The notes beneath the pieces are model-generated. The model saw only the letters and a list, made by a program, of their open reading frames with translations. It was not told the DNA's origin and did no database searches. DNA of 60,979 nucleotides, taken from the IMG/VR virus record IMGVR_UViG_3300042301_000931, positions 1 to 60,979 of that record. One strand, 5' to 3'. This document shows, piece by piece, positions 1-7,652 of this stretch. This DNA is from a virus. Lineage: Duplodnaviria > Caudoviricetes. The translations under genes were made by a program, and so were the position numbers. How positions within the stretch are numbered: the stretch's first letter is position 1; every line of letters starts with the position of its first letter.

Positions 1-127
1 TGTGGCTCACTTGATAACCCTAGGTTATTCGGTCAACAAAGCCGCGAAGGGCAAAACCGTCAAGGGTGCCGCCTCAATTTAACCAACCGGTAAACCGGCC
101 AAGCCCCCGCAAGGGGGCTTTTTTTTT
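1..127. repeat. Terminal direct repeat, identical to 60853-60979 (circular assembly overlap)
   Basis: First 127 nt match the last 127 nt exactly; the repeat starts inside a CDS. Confidence 0.95.
101..127 (+). terminator. Intrinsic terminator after the 60290-60934 gene
   Basis: AAGCCCCC-GCAA-GGGGGCTT stem-loop followed by a T run. Confidence 0.9.
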
Positions 128-202
128 CGCCAAAAAATCCCAATACCAAACTACTATCATCACGCATGCATGTGCATCACACTACTATCATCTTCGCGGC
201 CC

Positions 203-272
203 AGTATGCGACGACGTACGACGTATGGGCGATGTATGGCTGACGTATGACGTATGACGTATGAGCGACGTA
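203..272 (+). repeat. Short tandem GACGTA(T) repeats
   Basis: gtatgcgacgacgtacgacgtatgggcgatgtatggctgacgtatgacgtatgacgtatgagcgacgta. Confidence 0.8.
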
Positions 273-298
273 AAAGCCCCGTTCGGCATACCCCCCCC

Positions 299-314
299 TA
301 ATCCCACGGGATTA
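299..314. repeat. 16-bp palindrome TAATCCCACGGGATTA
   Basis: Read directly; intergenic. Confidence 0.95.
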
Positions 315-471
315 ACCACAATGCCAGTAATGTTGTAGATACACAACAAATGAGGATTCATGCGGGTTGCGAGCGAAGTGACCACTAATTTAGGGTGATT
401 TTAGATTACACGAAACTTACATTTGCTAAACTATTTCGACGTTAAATTGGCCATATGTGGTGTGGATAAGC

Positions 472-485
472 TAAGTTGTTGATTT
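472..485 (-). promoter_or_regulatory. IHF-consensus site; left arm of an inverted repeat
   Basis: TAAGTTGTTGATTT; its reverse complement contains AATCAACAACTTA, matching WATCAANNNNTTR. Confidence 0.6.
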
Positions 486-687
486 TAAAGGACTTTTTCC
501 GGCATGGGTTCGGCATAGGGGGTATATATATTTTATTAAATAGTAAATTATTTATTAGTTAGCTATTTCAAGAGAGGAAAAGTTAAATTCCAGTAGCATT
601 CACCCCCTCCAAGCCCTCAACCCCCCCTACCCCCTCCAAGATTTCTCTCTCTTGCTGGAAAACCCAACTAATTTACTAAAGCCTTGC

Positions 688-701
688 AAATCAACAACTT
701 A
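688..701 (+). promoter_or_regulatory. IHF-consensus site; right arm of the inverted repeat
   Basis: AAATCAACAACTTA, exact reverse complement of 472-485. Confidence 0.6.
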
Positions 702-827
702 CAAATTTTGCGCCAACTAATTTCCCGACTAATCCAACTAATTGCCTGACTAAACGCCTCGAACGCCAAACATCCTACAGAATTTCCCGTTTCTATGTTG
801 GTACGCACACGACATATTCTCCACGAC

Positions 828-856
828 TTGACAACCACACCACATCATGGTACAAT
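828..856 (+). promoter_or_regulatory. Sigma70-type early promoter
   Basis: TTGACA-17 bp-TACAAT with an extended -10 TG. Confidence 0.85.
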
Positions 857-907
857 GTATCCATCGAGTCGGAAAGCGCCTTCAGGTACCCCGATTCGGT
901 AAAGCGT

Positions 908-923
908 TAATCCCACGGGATTA
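908..923. repeat. 16-bp palindrome TAATCCCACGGGATTA
   Basis: In the leader between the promoter and the RBS of the 963 gene. Confidence 0.95.
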
Positions 924-962
924 GCAACTCCCTCACTTATATACGTATCACTGGAGATCATC

Positions 963-1727
963 ATGACAACTAATGCACAGGTTGCCGCACGCTTTGCGTC
1001 TGCGGCTAATAAACTCGTCGGCACAGAAATGCGCTCACTGGGTGTAGGCACCAACATGTCTGCACGCAATCCGACGCTTTCACAGCAAAGCTCAATCAAC
1101 ATGGATTCAGGCGGGCACTTCGATGTGCTTGCCGTTGGTTATTCATACAGCACAGAAGTTGCCCAGTTAGTGCACAACAACCACACAGACAACATTGAGC
1201 TCTGGTTGCACGTCAACGGGTTTTCGCCAACGACTAGGCGTCACAAGTCGCTGTACTTCAATGCTTTTCTGGAGCAACAAAAGTCTGCAGGGTTTAGCTA
1301 TGACGTTGCCGTCAAGAAAATTTACCGCACTGGGTGCTTCGAGGCTACGTACCGCACACGTTGCAAGTGGAATGACGACAAGGGATTCAGCGGGTTGACC
1401 AAACCACATCGTGCAGAGGCTTGTCAGTATGGCGTCAACTATGCCGAGGCTATGGACAAACTCGCGACTGCCGCGGTTCGCCCCAAGTTGCATGATGGCA
1501 CAAGGATTGCACTTTTACACGATGCACGGGTTCACCTCGAGACGTGCATTCGCAACGTGTCGCAGGACATTCACCCCAGTTCAGCCCTTGCCGCCGCGCA
1601 TGATAACCCCGCATTCCTGACCGCATGCCATGAAATGCTTGACTTTATCTTTGTTGTATCCGAGTACCCTGTCAAGCAGATGCGTGCAACAGTTGCCGGT
1701 TACGTCGCCCTTCACACCAACAACTAA
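963..1727 (+). CDS. Hypothetical early protein (254 aa)
   Basis: ORF with GGAG RBS downstream of a consensus promoter. Confidence 0.8.
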   Translation: MTTNAQVAARFASAANKLVGTEMRSLGVGTNMSARNPTLSQQSSINMDSGGHFDVLAVGYSYSTEVAQLVHNNHTDNIELWLHVNGFSPTTRRHKSLYFNAFLEQQKSAGFSYDVAVKKIYRTGCFEATYRTRCKWNDDKGFSGLTKPHRAEACQYGVNYAEAMDKLATAAVRPKLHDGTRIALLHDARVHLETCIRNVSQDIHPSSALAAAHDNPAFLTACHEMLDFIFVVSEYPVKQMRATVAGYVALHTNN

Positions 1728-1740
1728 TCCCACGGGATTA
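1725..1740. repeat. 16-bp palindrome overlapping a TAA stop codon
   Basis: TAATCCCACGGGATTA; its first three bases are the stop of 963-1727. Confidence 0.95.
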
Positions 1741-1751
1741 AAGGAAACATC

Positions 1752-2174
1752 ATGGAAAACAAAATGAAAACCTATCAGATCACAGTCTATTCAACTGTGA
1801 CAAAACTTCACACTGTAAATGCATACAGTAAAGAGGGCGCGATCGCTTGTGCCGGTGACATCATGAGTCCCTTGGAAACTGGCGACATTGGCTCAGACTC
1901 GCACTGGGATCAGACTGTGATTGCAGTCAAGGAAATACCCCGCCAACGTGACTTGACACTTTCAGAGGTTGCGTTTGTCGACGCATATTGCAGTGCGGTA
2001 GCAGTTGCACCACGGGAAGAGGTTGTGCGGTTTGTAGCCGTTGACCCAGAGTACCGCTCGAGTCGTGAGTTCTACGATTCCATGTCCGAGTATTACACGT
2101 CGATTGCTGACGCATTCGAGGTCTGGTATCAAGCGATGAAATTTGCGACGGAGTTTAGAAATGCAACGACTTAA
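1752..2174 (+). CDS. Hypothetical early protein
   Basis: ORF with AAGGA RBS. Confidence 0.75.
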   Translation: MENKMKTYQITVYSTVTKLHTVNAYSKEGAIACAGDIMSPLETGDIGSDSHWDQTVIAVKEIPRQRDLTLSEVAFVDAYCSAVAVAPREEVVRFVAVDPEYRSSREFYDSMSEYYTSIADAFEVWYQAMKFATEFRNATT

Positions 2175-2448
2175 AAAGTTAATCATCCGCTTGCTAGAGG
2201 ACAACCATCCCAACGACCTTGCTGAATTGACTGGCGCTGACGAGGGCACATGCCTGCGACTTGTCCATGAGATACGCAAGGAAGGCGGGTTGCATGATCC
2301 CAGTTATTGGGAACCGGAGAAATCCGGTGACATCTGGGCGATCTACGGCAAAACCTTTTCGGCTGAGTACATCGACGCCAATGGTGACTGCCTAGCATTT
2401 GACACGAAACGTGAAGCACTTGACTTTATTAGAGAGGAAATCAAATGA
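2161..2448 (+). CDS. Hypothetical early protein
   Basis: ATG at 2161 with GGAG upstream; overlaps its neighbours. Confidence 0.7.
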   Translation: MQRLKKLIIRLLEDNHPNDLAELTGADEGTCLRLVHEIRKEGGLHDPSYWEPEKSGDIWAIYGKTFSAEYIDANGDCLAFDTKREALDFIREEIK

Positions 2449-2582
2449 CACCCCAAGAGCTTTACAAACTACTTGACTACTTCGCCATTGAGTACGAGGT
2501 CGTTGAGATTTTCGAGGGCGTGCGGATTCTGCGCGTCGAGGTGATTGACAAACCGGAGGACGACAATGCTGACAAAAATTGA
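2445..2582 (+). CDS. Small hypothetical protein (45 aa; below the ORF-track cutoff)
   Basis: ATGA overlap, GAGG RBS; MTPQELYKLLDYFAIEYEVVEIFEGVRILRVEV... Confidence 0.6.
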   Translation: MTPQELYKLLDYFAIEYEVVEIFEGVRILRVEVIDKPEDDNADKN

Positions 2583-2655
2583 GAAGGTAGAGCGGGTTGT
2601 TTTCCTGCTGTGTTTTATTGTGCTTTTACTTGACTTGTTTTACTGGAGACCATGA
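2566..2655 (+). CDS. Small membrane peptide (29 aa)
   Basis: GGAGG RBS; MLTKIEKVERVVFLLCFIVLLLDLFYWRP; ATGA overlap with the next gene. Confidence 0.6.
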   Translation: MLTKIEKVERVVFLLCFIVLLLDLFYWRP

Positions 2656-2939
2656 TGACTTTTACTTTGTTCGAGACCATTGACTCTGTGATCGGTGAGT
2701 TCGCCTTGCCGTACCTAATCAATGCCGACGCGACTGGGCTTGACGACGAGGAACAAACCCTCATCGACGAATGGTTCAGTGCAAGCACTGACGACTGGCG
2801 GGATTCTGACGACAACTTGTGGGTGTATTCCCACATGGCTGTAATCGACGATTCTCGTGAGGAATTCCAGTTCGACGAGATTACTGGGCACTATGGCGCG
2901 ACGCAGAAGGTCGCATTGTTTTTCACCAAGGTCAACTAA
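2652..2939 (+). CDS. Acidic hypothetical early protein
   Basis: GGAG RBS; D/E-rich. Confidence 0.75.
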   Translation: MMTFTLFETIDSVIGEFALPYLINADATGLDDEEQTLIDEWFSASTDDWRDSDDNLWVYSHMAVIDDSREEFQFDEITGHYGATQKVALFFTKVN

Positions 2940-2952
2940 TCCCACGGGATTA
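2937..2952. repeat. 16-bp palindrome overlapping a TAA stop codon
   Basis: TAATCCCACGGGATTA. Confidence 0.95.
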
Positions 2953-2966
2953 AGAAAGGAACTATT

Positions 2967-3365
2967 ATGGGTTACAGATCAGACGTAAAGTACGTAATAC
3001 TATTTAAGACGCAGGATCACCGCAACGCATTCCACTTGGAGGCTAAGCTCGTTGCATCAGAGGTGCAGTACGGGCTCGAGGTAATCAACGACTTCGACTT
3101 TCACTACGACGAACACGACGTGGACTTTCCGTACCAGATACGTGTGCATTACGAGGACGTGAAGTGGTACGAGTCGACGCCATGGGTTGACATGCAGGAG
3201 AAACTCATGAAACTTGCACGGGATGGGTACGAGGGCGCGTTTGTGTTCCTGCGCTTAGGCGAGGAAGACGATGACATTGAAGAGCAGAGCGGTGTACATG
3301 ACGACAACATCCACGTGTACGTGGACAACTACATCGAGCTGACACGCAAATCAAACTTTACATAA
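2967..3365 (+). CDS. Hypothetical early protein
   Basis: AAGGA RBS; 132-aa ORF. Confidence 0.8.
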   Translation: MGYRSDVKYVILFKTQDHRNAFHLEAKLVASEVQYGLEVINDFDFHYDEHDVDFPYQIRVHYEDVKWYESTPWVDMQEKLMKLARDGYEGAFVFLRLGEEDDDIEEQSGVHDDNIHVYVDNYIELTRKSNFT

Positions 3366-3374
3366 GGAAACATC

Positions 3375-3995
3375 ATGAGCTATGACGACGACATCACACA
3401 TGAGGAAATGTTCACACACAAGTGCGGCAAGGTGTACCGAGTGCGTTGGTACCAAGACTATGACGCAGGCTCCCCGCTCGAGTGGTCGGACGGCCACGGG
3501 ATTGTGCTCGAGATGGATTGGAACCCGCTGAACGCTGAGCAACTGGAGCAACACATCATCGACGAGGAACCTGACCTTGAGGAAGAGACTCGCTTGCGTA
3601 TGCTGAAACCACTGTTCAGGTACGACAGACGCACAGTGCATCGGCTGTACTACGACTTTTTCTCGACGCTTGACATTGCACGCAGGGAGTGGGGTCACAA
3701 GACGCCCGAGGATTGCACCAAGGCGGTCGAACAGGACTACAAGTATCTCAAGGGTTGGTATGAGGAGGACTGGCATTGGGTGCGACTTGAGGTGACGCAG
3801 ATGATTGATGGCAAGCCTGACTTCGAGCACGTGTACAACGTAGGTGGGTACGAGAGTTCCCTGCCGCTTGACACTGACTTGGTTGAGGACAAGGTTTCCA
3901 CGATCAATGAGGCCATCAAGGAATTGGAATGGGAGAAACGCAGGTCGTTGCATCCCGGACAATTAGAGCTACAACTGCACGTGCCCTTGACTTGA
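3375..3995 (+). CDS. Hypothetical early protein
   Basis: TAAGGA RBS; 206-aa acidic, aromatic-rich ORF. Confidence 0.8.
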   Translation: MSYDDDITHEEMFTHKCGKVYRVRWYQDYDAGSPLEWSDGHGIVLEMDWNPLNAEQLEQHIIDEEPDLEEETRLRMLKPLFRYDRRTVHRLYYDFFSTLDIARREWGHKTPEDCTKAVEQDYKYLKGWYEEDWHWVRLEVTQMIDGKPDFEHVYNVGGYESSLPLDTDLVEDKVSTINEAIKELEWEKRRSLHPGQLELQLHVPLT

Positions 3996-4020
3996 CATCC
4001 ACACCACATAGTGGTACAAT
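3992..4020 (+). promoter_or_regulatory. Sigma70-type early promoter, near-copy of 828-856
   Basis: TTGACA-tccacaccacatagtgg-TACAAT (17-bp spacer). Confidence 0.85.
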
Positions 4021-4065
4021 AATGACTATGGACTAGGGGATCGCCCACACCCCTTGTTCTTTCCG

Positions 4066-4081
4066 TAATCCCGTGGGATTA
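4066..4081. repeat. 16-bp palindrome TAATCCCGTGGGATTA (inverted centre)
   Basis: Read directly; in a leader. Confidence 0.95.
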
Positions 4082-4115
4082 ACTTGTTCACTTTACTTAT
4101 TCACTGGAGATCATC

Positions 4116-4487
4116 ATGGATCAATCACAAATGTTATCAATTTTTGGTGGCGTGTACGACAAACTTGTGTCGGACGTTGCAGACGCAGTTATCAGCAAGA
4201 TGAAAGCTGAGACTCAGGCAGTGCTTGCGCTTGACGCAGAGGCATTACGTAGTTCACTCATTGAGTTACTTAACGACGACGACCAGACACGCGAGGCTGT
4301 GCATAACGCAACCGCTGTCTACATCGACGATCAGGTCGAGTCAAAGGTAGAGGACGCCATGAACGACTTCGACTTCGACTCCAAGATCGACGATGTTGTC
4401 GACCAGAAACTCACTGACTATGAGCCCAACTTCTCAGGCGGTGACTTCGAGGAAGCTGTCCGCACCGTCATCCGTGACGCCCTCTAA
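4116..4487 (+). CDS. Highly acidic early protein (123 aa)
   Basis: GGAG RBS; first gene after the promoter; about 29 D/E versus 10 K/R by hand count. Confidence 0.8.
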   Translation: MDQSQMLSIFGGVYDKLVSDVADAVISKMKAETQAVLALDAEALRSSLIELLNDDDQTREAVHNATAVYIDDQVESKVEDAMNDFDFDSKIDDVVDQKLTDYEPNFSGGDFEEAVRTVIRDAL

Positions 4488-4500
4488 TCCCACGGGATTA
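4485..4500. repeat. 16-bp palindrome overlapping a TAA stop codon
   Basis: TAATCCCACGGGATTA. Confidence 0.95.
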
Positions 4501-4521
4501 ACTTTTTAACTGGAGAATTTT

Positions 4522-5403
4522 ATGTCTATTAAAGATCACGCATTGCTAGTGTCCCTGTCAGTCAGCAAACCACAGATGACTCAGAAGGACGCCAAGGCTA
4601 CCTCAGACGCTGAGCGTGCCAACAACGCCCATGGTGCAGGCCAGTACCGCAAGGACTTGTATCCCAAGTCACTGGTGCAACCGATCAACATGGTCGAGTC
4701 ACAAGCCCGTGCCTACATCGAGAGCACAACCTACCCGTGGGACAGAGGGCAGGACATGCTCCCCTCGGCACGCTTCATGCAGTTCACTGAGCGCATGGGT
4801 AAGTTCGAGATCGAGTTCGAGCAGGCCGTGACTGCGTTCCTCAACAACTGGGGCAACGTCATGATGCATGCACAAGCTAGCCAAGGTGAGCTGTTCGACC
4901 CCAACGCTTACCCTGACCTGACTGACTTGCGTAGTGCATTCCGCTTCCGTATCAACTACCGCCCGATCACTGACATGACCGACTTCCGTGTAGCTATGCA
5001 GGAGGACGAGCTCAACACACTCAGGCAACAAGTGGAGGACGCGACCAAGGAATCCATGAACGCTGTACTGCGTGCACCACTGGAGCGTCTGAAGGAAGTT
5101 GTCGCTCGCTTACATGAGGTGACTGGCCGCACTGACCGCGAGATCATCAACAAGAAAACTGGTGCCGTTGAGGTACGTTCACCGATCTTCCGTGACTCAG
5201 TGTGCGAGAACATCGCTGAAGAAATTAACTTGCTTCATGACTTCGCAGGCATCTTGCCTGACGACATCTTGTCGCTAGCTAAGACCGTGGCGGACACAAC
5301 GCCACACCCACAACAACTGCGTGACGACCCTGAGAAACGTCGAGAGGTCAACATTCAGACAACTGCATTACTCGATTCTATTAACTCAATGTTGGAGGAC
5401 TAA
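4522..5403 (+). CDS. Helical phage protein, DUF3150-like
   Basis: 293-aa ORF; resembles from memory the family with a ...YP...LR..F.F segment found next to phage AAA/vWA genes. Confidence 0.6.
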   Translation: MSIKDHALLVSLSVSKPQMTQKDAKATSDAERANNAHGAGQYRKDLYPKSLVQPINMVESQARAYIESTTYPWDRGQDMLPSARFMQFTERMGKFEIEFEQAVTAFLNNWGNVMMHAQASQGELFDPNAYPDLTDLRSAFRFRINYRPITDMTDFRVAMQEDELNTLRQQVEDATKESMNAVLRAPLERLKEVVARLHEVTGRTDREIINKKTGAVEVRSPIFRDSVCENIAEEINLLHDFAGILPDDILSLAKTVADTTPHPQQLRDDPEKRREVNIQTTALLDSINSMLED

Positions 5404-5406
5404 ACC

Positions 5407-5754
5407 ATGTCTATTACAGAAAAAACCATCGAACGCCTTGCCAATCAGCTCACTAACTTAGGCTGTGATCTCAAGATCATTTCACCCGAGGGCTATGAGT
5501 ATGGCGAGCTTGTCGTCGCACCTAAGAAGTCTGCTAAGCCAGTGGTTGACGTGCGTGGTGTTGTTGACTACCGAGCAGTCATTGACACCCTAGGTGTTGG
5601 TCAGTCAGCGATCATCGCTTTGCCTGACGGATTACCTATGCAGTCACTGCGTTCGTCTGTGTCGTCACGTTGTGCCAAGGTGTTTGGCTCTGGTGCTACA
5701 ACATCGTCACTGACCAATGATGGCAAGGGCTTAGAAGTCCTGCGTCTGGAGTAA
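5407..5754 (+). CDS. Hypothetical protein, possibly a small DNA-binding fold
   Basis: GGAGG RBS; 115 aa; the function is a guess. Confidence 0.65.
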   Translation: MSITEKTIERLANQLTNLGCDLKIISPEGYEYGELVVAPKKSAKPVVDVRGVVDYRAVIDTLGVGQSAIIALPDGLPMQSLRSSVSSRCAKVFGSGATTSSLTNDGKGLEVLRLE

Positions 5755-5756
5755 TC

Positions 5757-5987
5757 ATGGCCAAGCCCGAAACATACTGCATCATTGAGCTCGGTGGTCA
5801 AGGGCTTGTGGTGACTACTGACGTAGCCATGCAACTGTTCCCGCTGTTGTGTCAAGCTGAAGAGGTGACATACGACTGGACTGCACAGCGACACAAGCGT
5901 ACCAAGCGTCAGTCGACTGTTAACAACATAGCGCTTAGACAATTTACAACAGCTCAGTACGCTGAGCTTGCACTGGACTCTGACTGA
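5757..5987 (+). CDS. Hypothetical protein
   Basis: GGAG RBS, tight operon spacing. Confidence 0.7.
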   Translation: MAKPETYCIIELGGQGLVVTTDVAMQLFPLLCQAEEVTYDWTAQRHKRTKRQSTVNNIALRQFTTAQYAELALDSD

Positions 5988-6040
5988 GAGTAAACTGTAT
6001 GCCTGCTTAGCCGCAGGTACTTATTAACCCAAGGAAACTT

Positions 6041-6253
6041 ATGAACTACCAAATCAAACTCGAGATGAATCTTGATGCTAACGCATTGCAGGTTTTGTTG
6101 CGTACCCTCGACGCAGGCCCTCATGGTCTTATGCGTGGAATGATCGACAACATCATCCAACAAGCGCAAGCTCAAGAGCAGGAAGCACGTGCCGCCGCTG
6201 AGGCCGCACCAACTGACGTTGTTGACGGCATGCCCGTTTCTCCCCTAAACTAA
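6041..6253 (+). CDS. Hypothetical protein
   Basis: AAGGA RBS. Confidence 0.7.
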   Translation: MNYQIKLEMNLDANALQVLLRTLDAGPHGLMRGMIDNIIQQAQAQEQEARAAAEAAPTDVVDGMPVSPLN

Positions 6254-6266
6254 TCCCATGGGATTA
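6251..6266. repeat. 16-bp perfect palindrome TAATCCCATGGGATTA overlapping a stop codon
   Basis: Read directly; followed by the hairpin GCCGATG-cggtt-CATCGGC at 6273-6291. Confidence 0.95.
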
Positions 6267-6324
6267 CCCGTAGCCGATGCGGTTCATCGGCACCTTTCAA
6301 CTTGTTCACTTATAGGAAATTATC

Positions 6325-7332
6325 ATGCGTATTGCACACGTTACCCCCATCCTCGTTAAGCGTTACCTCAACGACAAGACACGAGCACGTACAACTTTCT
6401 TGCGTGGCCCATCGGGCATCGGCAAGTCCGAGGTTGTGTTCCAGACAAGCAAGCTATTGTCTGAGCATGTATCTAACTGGCAAGGGGTCGTCGACCTTCG
6501 CCTTGCACAGATGGAGCCCACTGACCTTCGTGGTATCCCGCACGTTGTCGATGGCCGCACACACTGGGCACGCCCCGGTTTCCTACCCGAGTCAGGTGCA
6601 GGTCTACTGTTCCTTGACGAGATCACGTCAGCTCCCCCCTCAGTGCAGGCCGCCGCATACCAGTTGTGCCTGACGCCCGAGGACTTCGGCATTCCCCCTG
6701 AGTGGATGGTCATTGCCGCAGGCAATCGCAAGACCGACCGAGGCGTGACGTTTAACCTAGCCGCACCGCTACAGAACCGCATGTGTGACATCGACGTCAA
6801 CACCACGATCGACGACTTCGTTGCCCATGCAATCACACGTGGCATTCGCCCAGAGATTCTGTCTCTGTTGCAAGACCGCCCTGACTTGTTGCACAAGTTC
6901 GAGCCCACTGGTGACATTCGTCCCTTCCCCTCACCACGTTCATGGTTCGCTGTGTCGCACACACTGGAGCTTGACCTGCCCGTGCAGGATCGCGTCGAGC
7001 TTATCAAGGGTGACGTCGGTGAAGAGGCGGCCATGATCTTCGAGACACACCTGCGTGTATGGGAATCCATGCCACGTATCGAGGACATCTTGCAAGGCAA
7101 GGACGTGCCTGTGCCCAAGGAACTCAACGTACGCTATTGCGTCGCTATGGGCTTGGCTACACGCCTCGACGCTACCAACTTCGACAAGGCATGGAAGTTC
7201 TTGGCTAAGATGCCCGGCGAGGTGCAGACACTCACCATCAAACTGGCACACAAGCGTGACCGCACGATCACTAAGAGCGCGGCATTCACACAGTGGGCTA
7301 TTGCCAACCAAGCGGCGTTTGCAATGAAATGA
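6325..7332 (+). CDS. AAA+ ATPase (MoxR/AAA_5-like)
   Basis: Walker A GPSGIGKS, Walker B LLFLDE, sensor AAGN, arginine finger PLQNR, PSPRSW. Confidence 0.9.
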   Translation: MRIAHVTPILVKRYLNDKTRARTTFLRGPSGIGKSEVVFQTSKLLSEHVSNWQGVVDLRLAQMEPTDLRGIPHVVDGRTHWARPGFLPESGAGLLFLDEITSAPPSVQAAAYQLCLTPEDFGIPPEWMVIAAGNRKTDRGVTFNLAAPLQNRMCDIDVNTTIDDFVAHAITRGIRPEILSLLQDRPDLLHKFEPTGDIRPFPSPRSWFAVSHTLELDLPVQDRVELIKGDVGEEAAMIFETHLRVWESMPRIEDILQGKDVPVPKELNVRYCVAMGLATRLDATNFDKAWKFLAKMPGEVQTLTIKLAHKRDRTITKSAAFTQWAIANQAAFAMK

Positions 7333-7610
7333 AGATGGTTGACAAACGACCCGAGCTCAAATGGCAGAACACACCCGTGGGTTCGTGGACTGCCTATGTT
7401 GAGAAACGCTCGCGGGCTAGCTCACTCAAGCAGATGCACGTCAGGCATGCGTTTGCGTTCGTCCGCCCTGCCTACAACATGTCTGGGTTACTTGACTCAG
7501 ACAAGGGTTGGGTTGTGACACGCAACACGTTCGACGATGTGCAGAGCTTCGATGACCTTGCCACTGCGCGTGTGTTTGTTGAGTCGTTGTTCGCATTGGA
7601 ATATAATTGA
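7329..7610 (+). CDS. Hypothetical protein
   Basis: ATGA overlap with the ATPase stop. Confidence 0.65.
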   Translation: MKMVDKRPELKWQNTPVGSWTAYVEKRSRASSLKQMHVRHAFAFVRPAYNMSGLLDSDKGWVVTRNTFDDVQSFDDLATARVFVESLFALEYN

Positions 7611-7612
7611 CC

Positions 7613-7628
7613 TAATCCCATGGGATTA
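7613..7628. repeat. 16-bp perfect palindrome TAATCCCATGGGATTA
   Basis: 2 nt after a TGA stop, before the RBS of the vWA gene. Confidence 0.95.
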
Positions 7629-7652
7629 ACTTGTTTACTTACTGGAGAAATT

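Noticed and set aside
1-127. Biological terminal repeat
   Set aside because: It is exactly 127 nt, a common assembler k-mer length, and starts mid-gene; most likely an assembly overlap rather than the virion end
66-385. ORFs 66-257 (+) and 188-385 (-)
   Set aside because: They cross a terminator or repeat tracts and lack an RBS; the region is better explained as non-coding
6363-7127. Long antisense ORFs (also 3351-3962, 12439-13209, 14482-15291, 39363-40043)
   Set aside because: They are shadow frames of well-supported genes on the other strand, with no RBS or recognisable motifs
299-7628. CRISPR array formed by the palindromes
   Set aside because: The repeats are only 16 bp, are irregularly spaced by hundreds to thousands of bp and are separated by whole genes; there is no cas operon, and the Cas4-like nuclease is a normal phage replication gene
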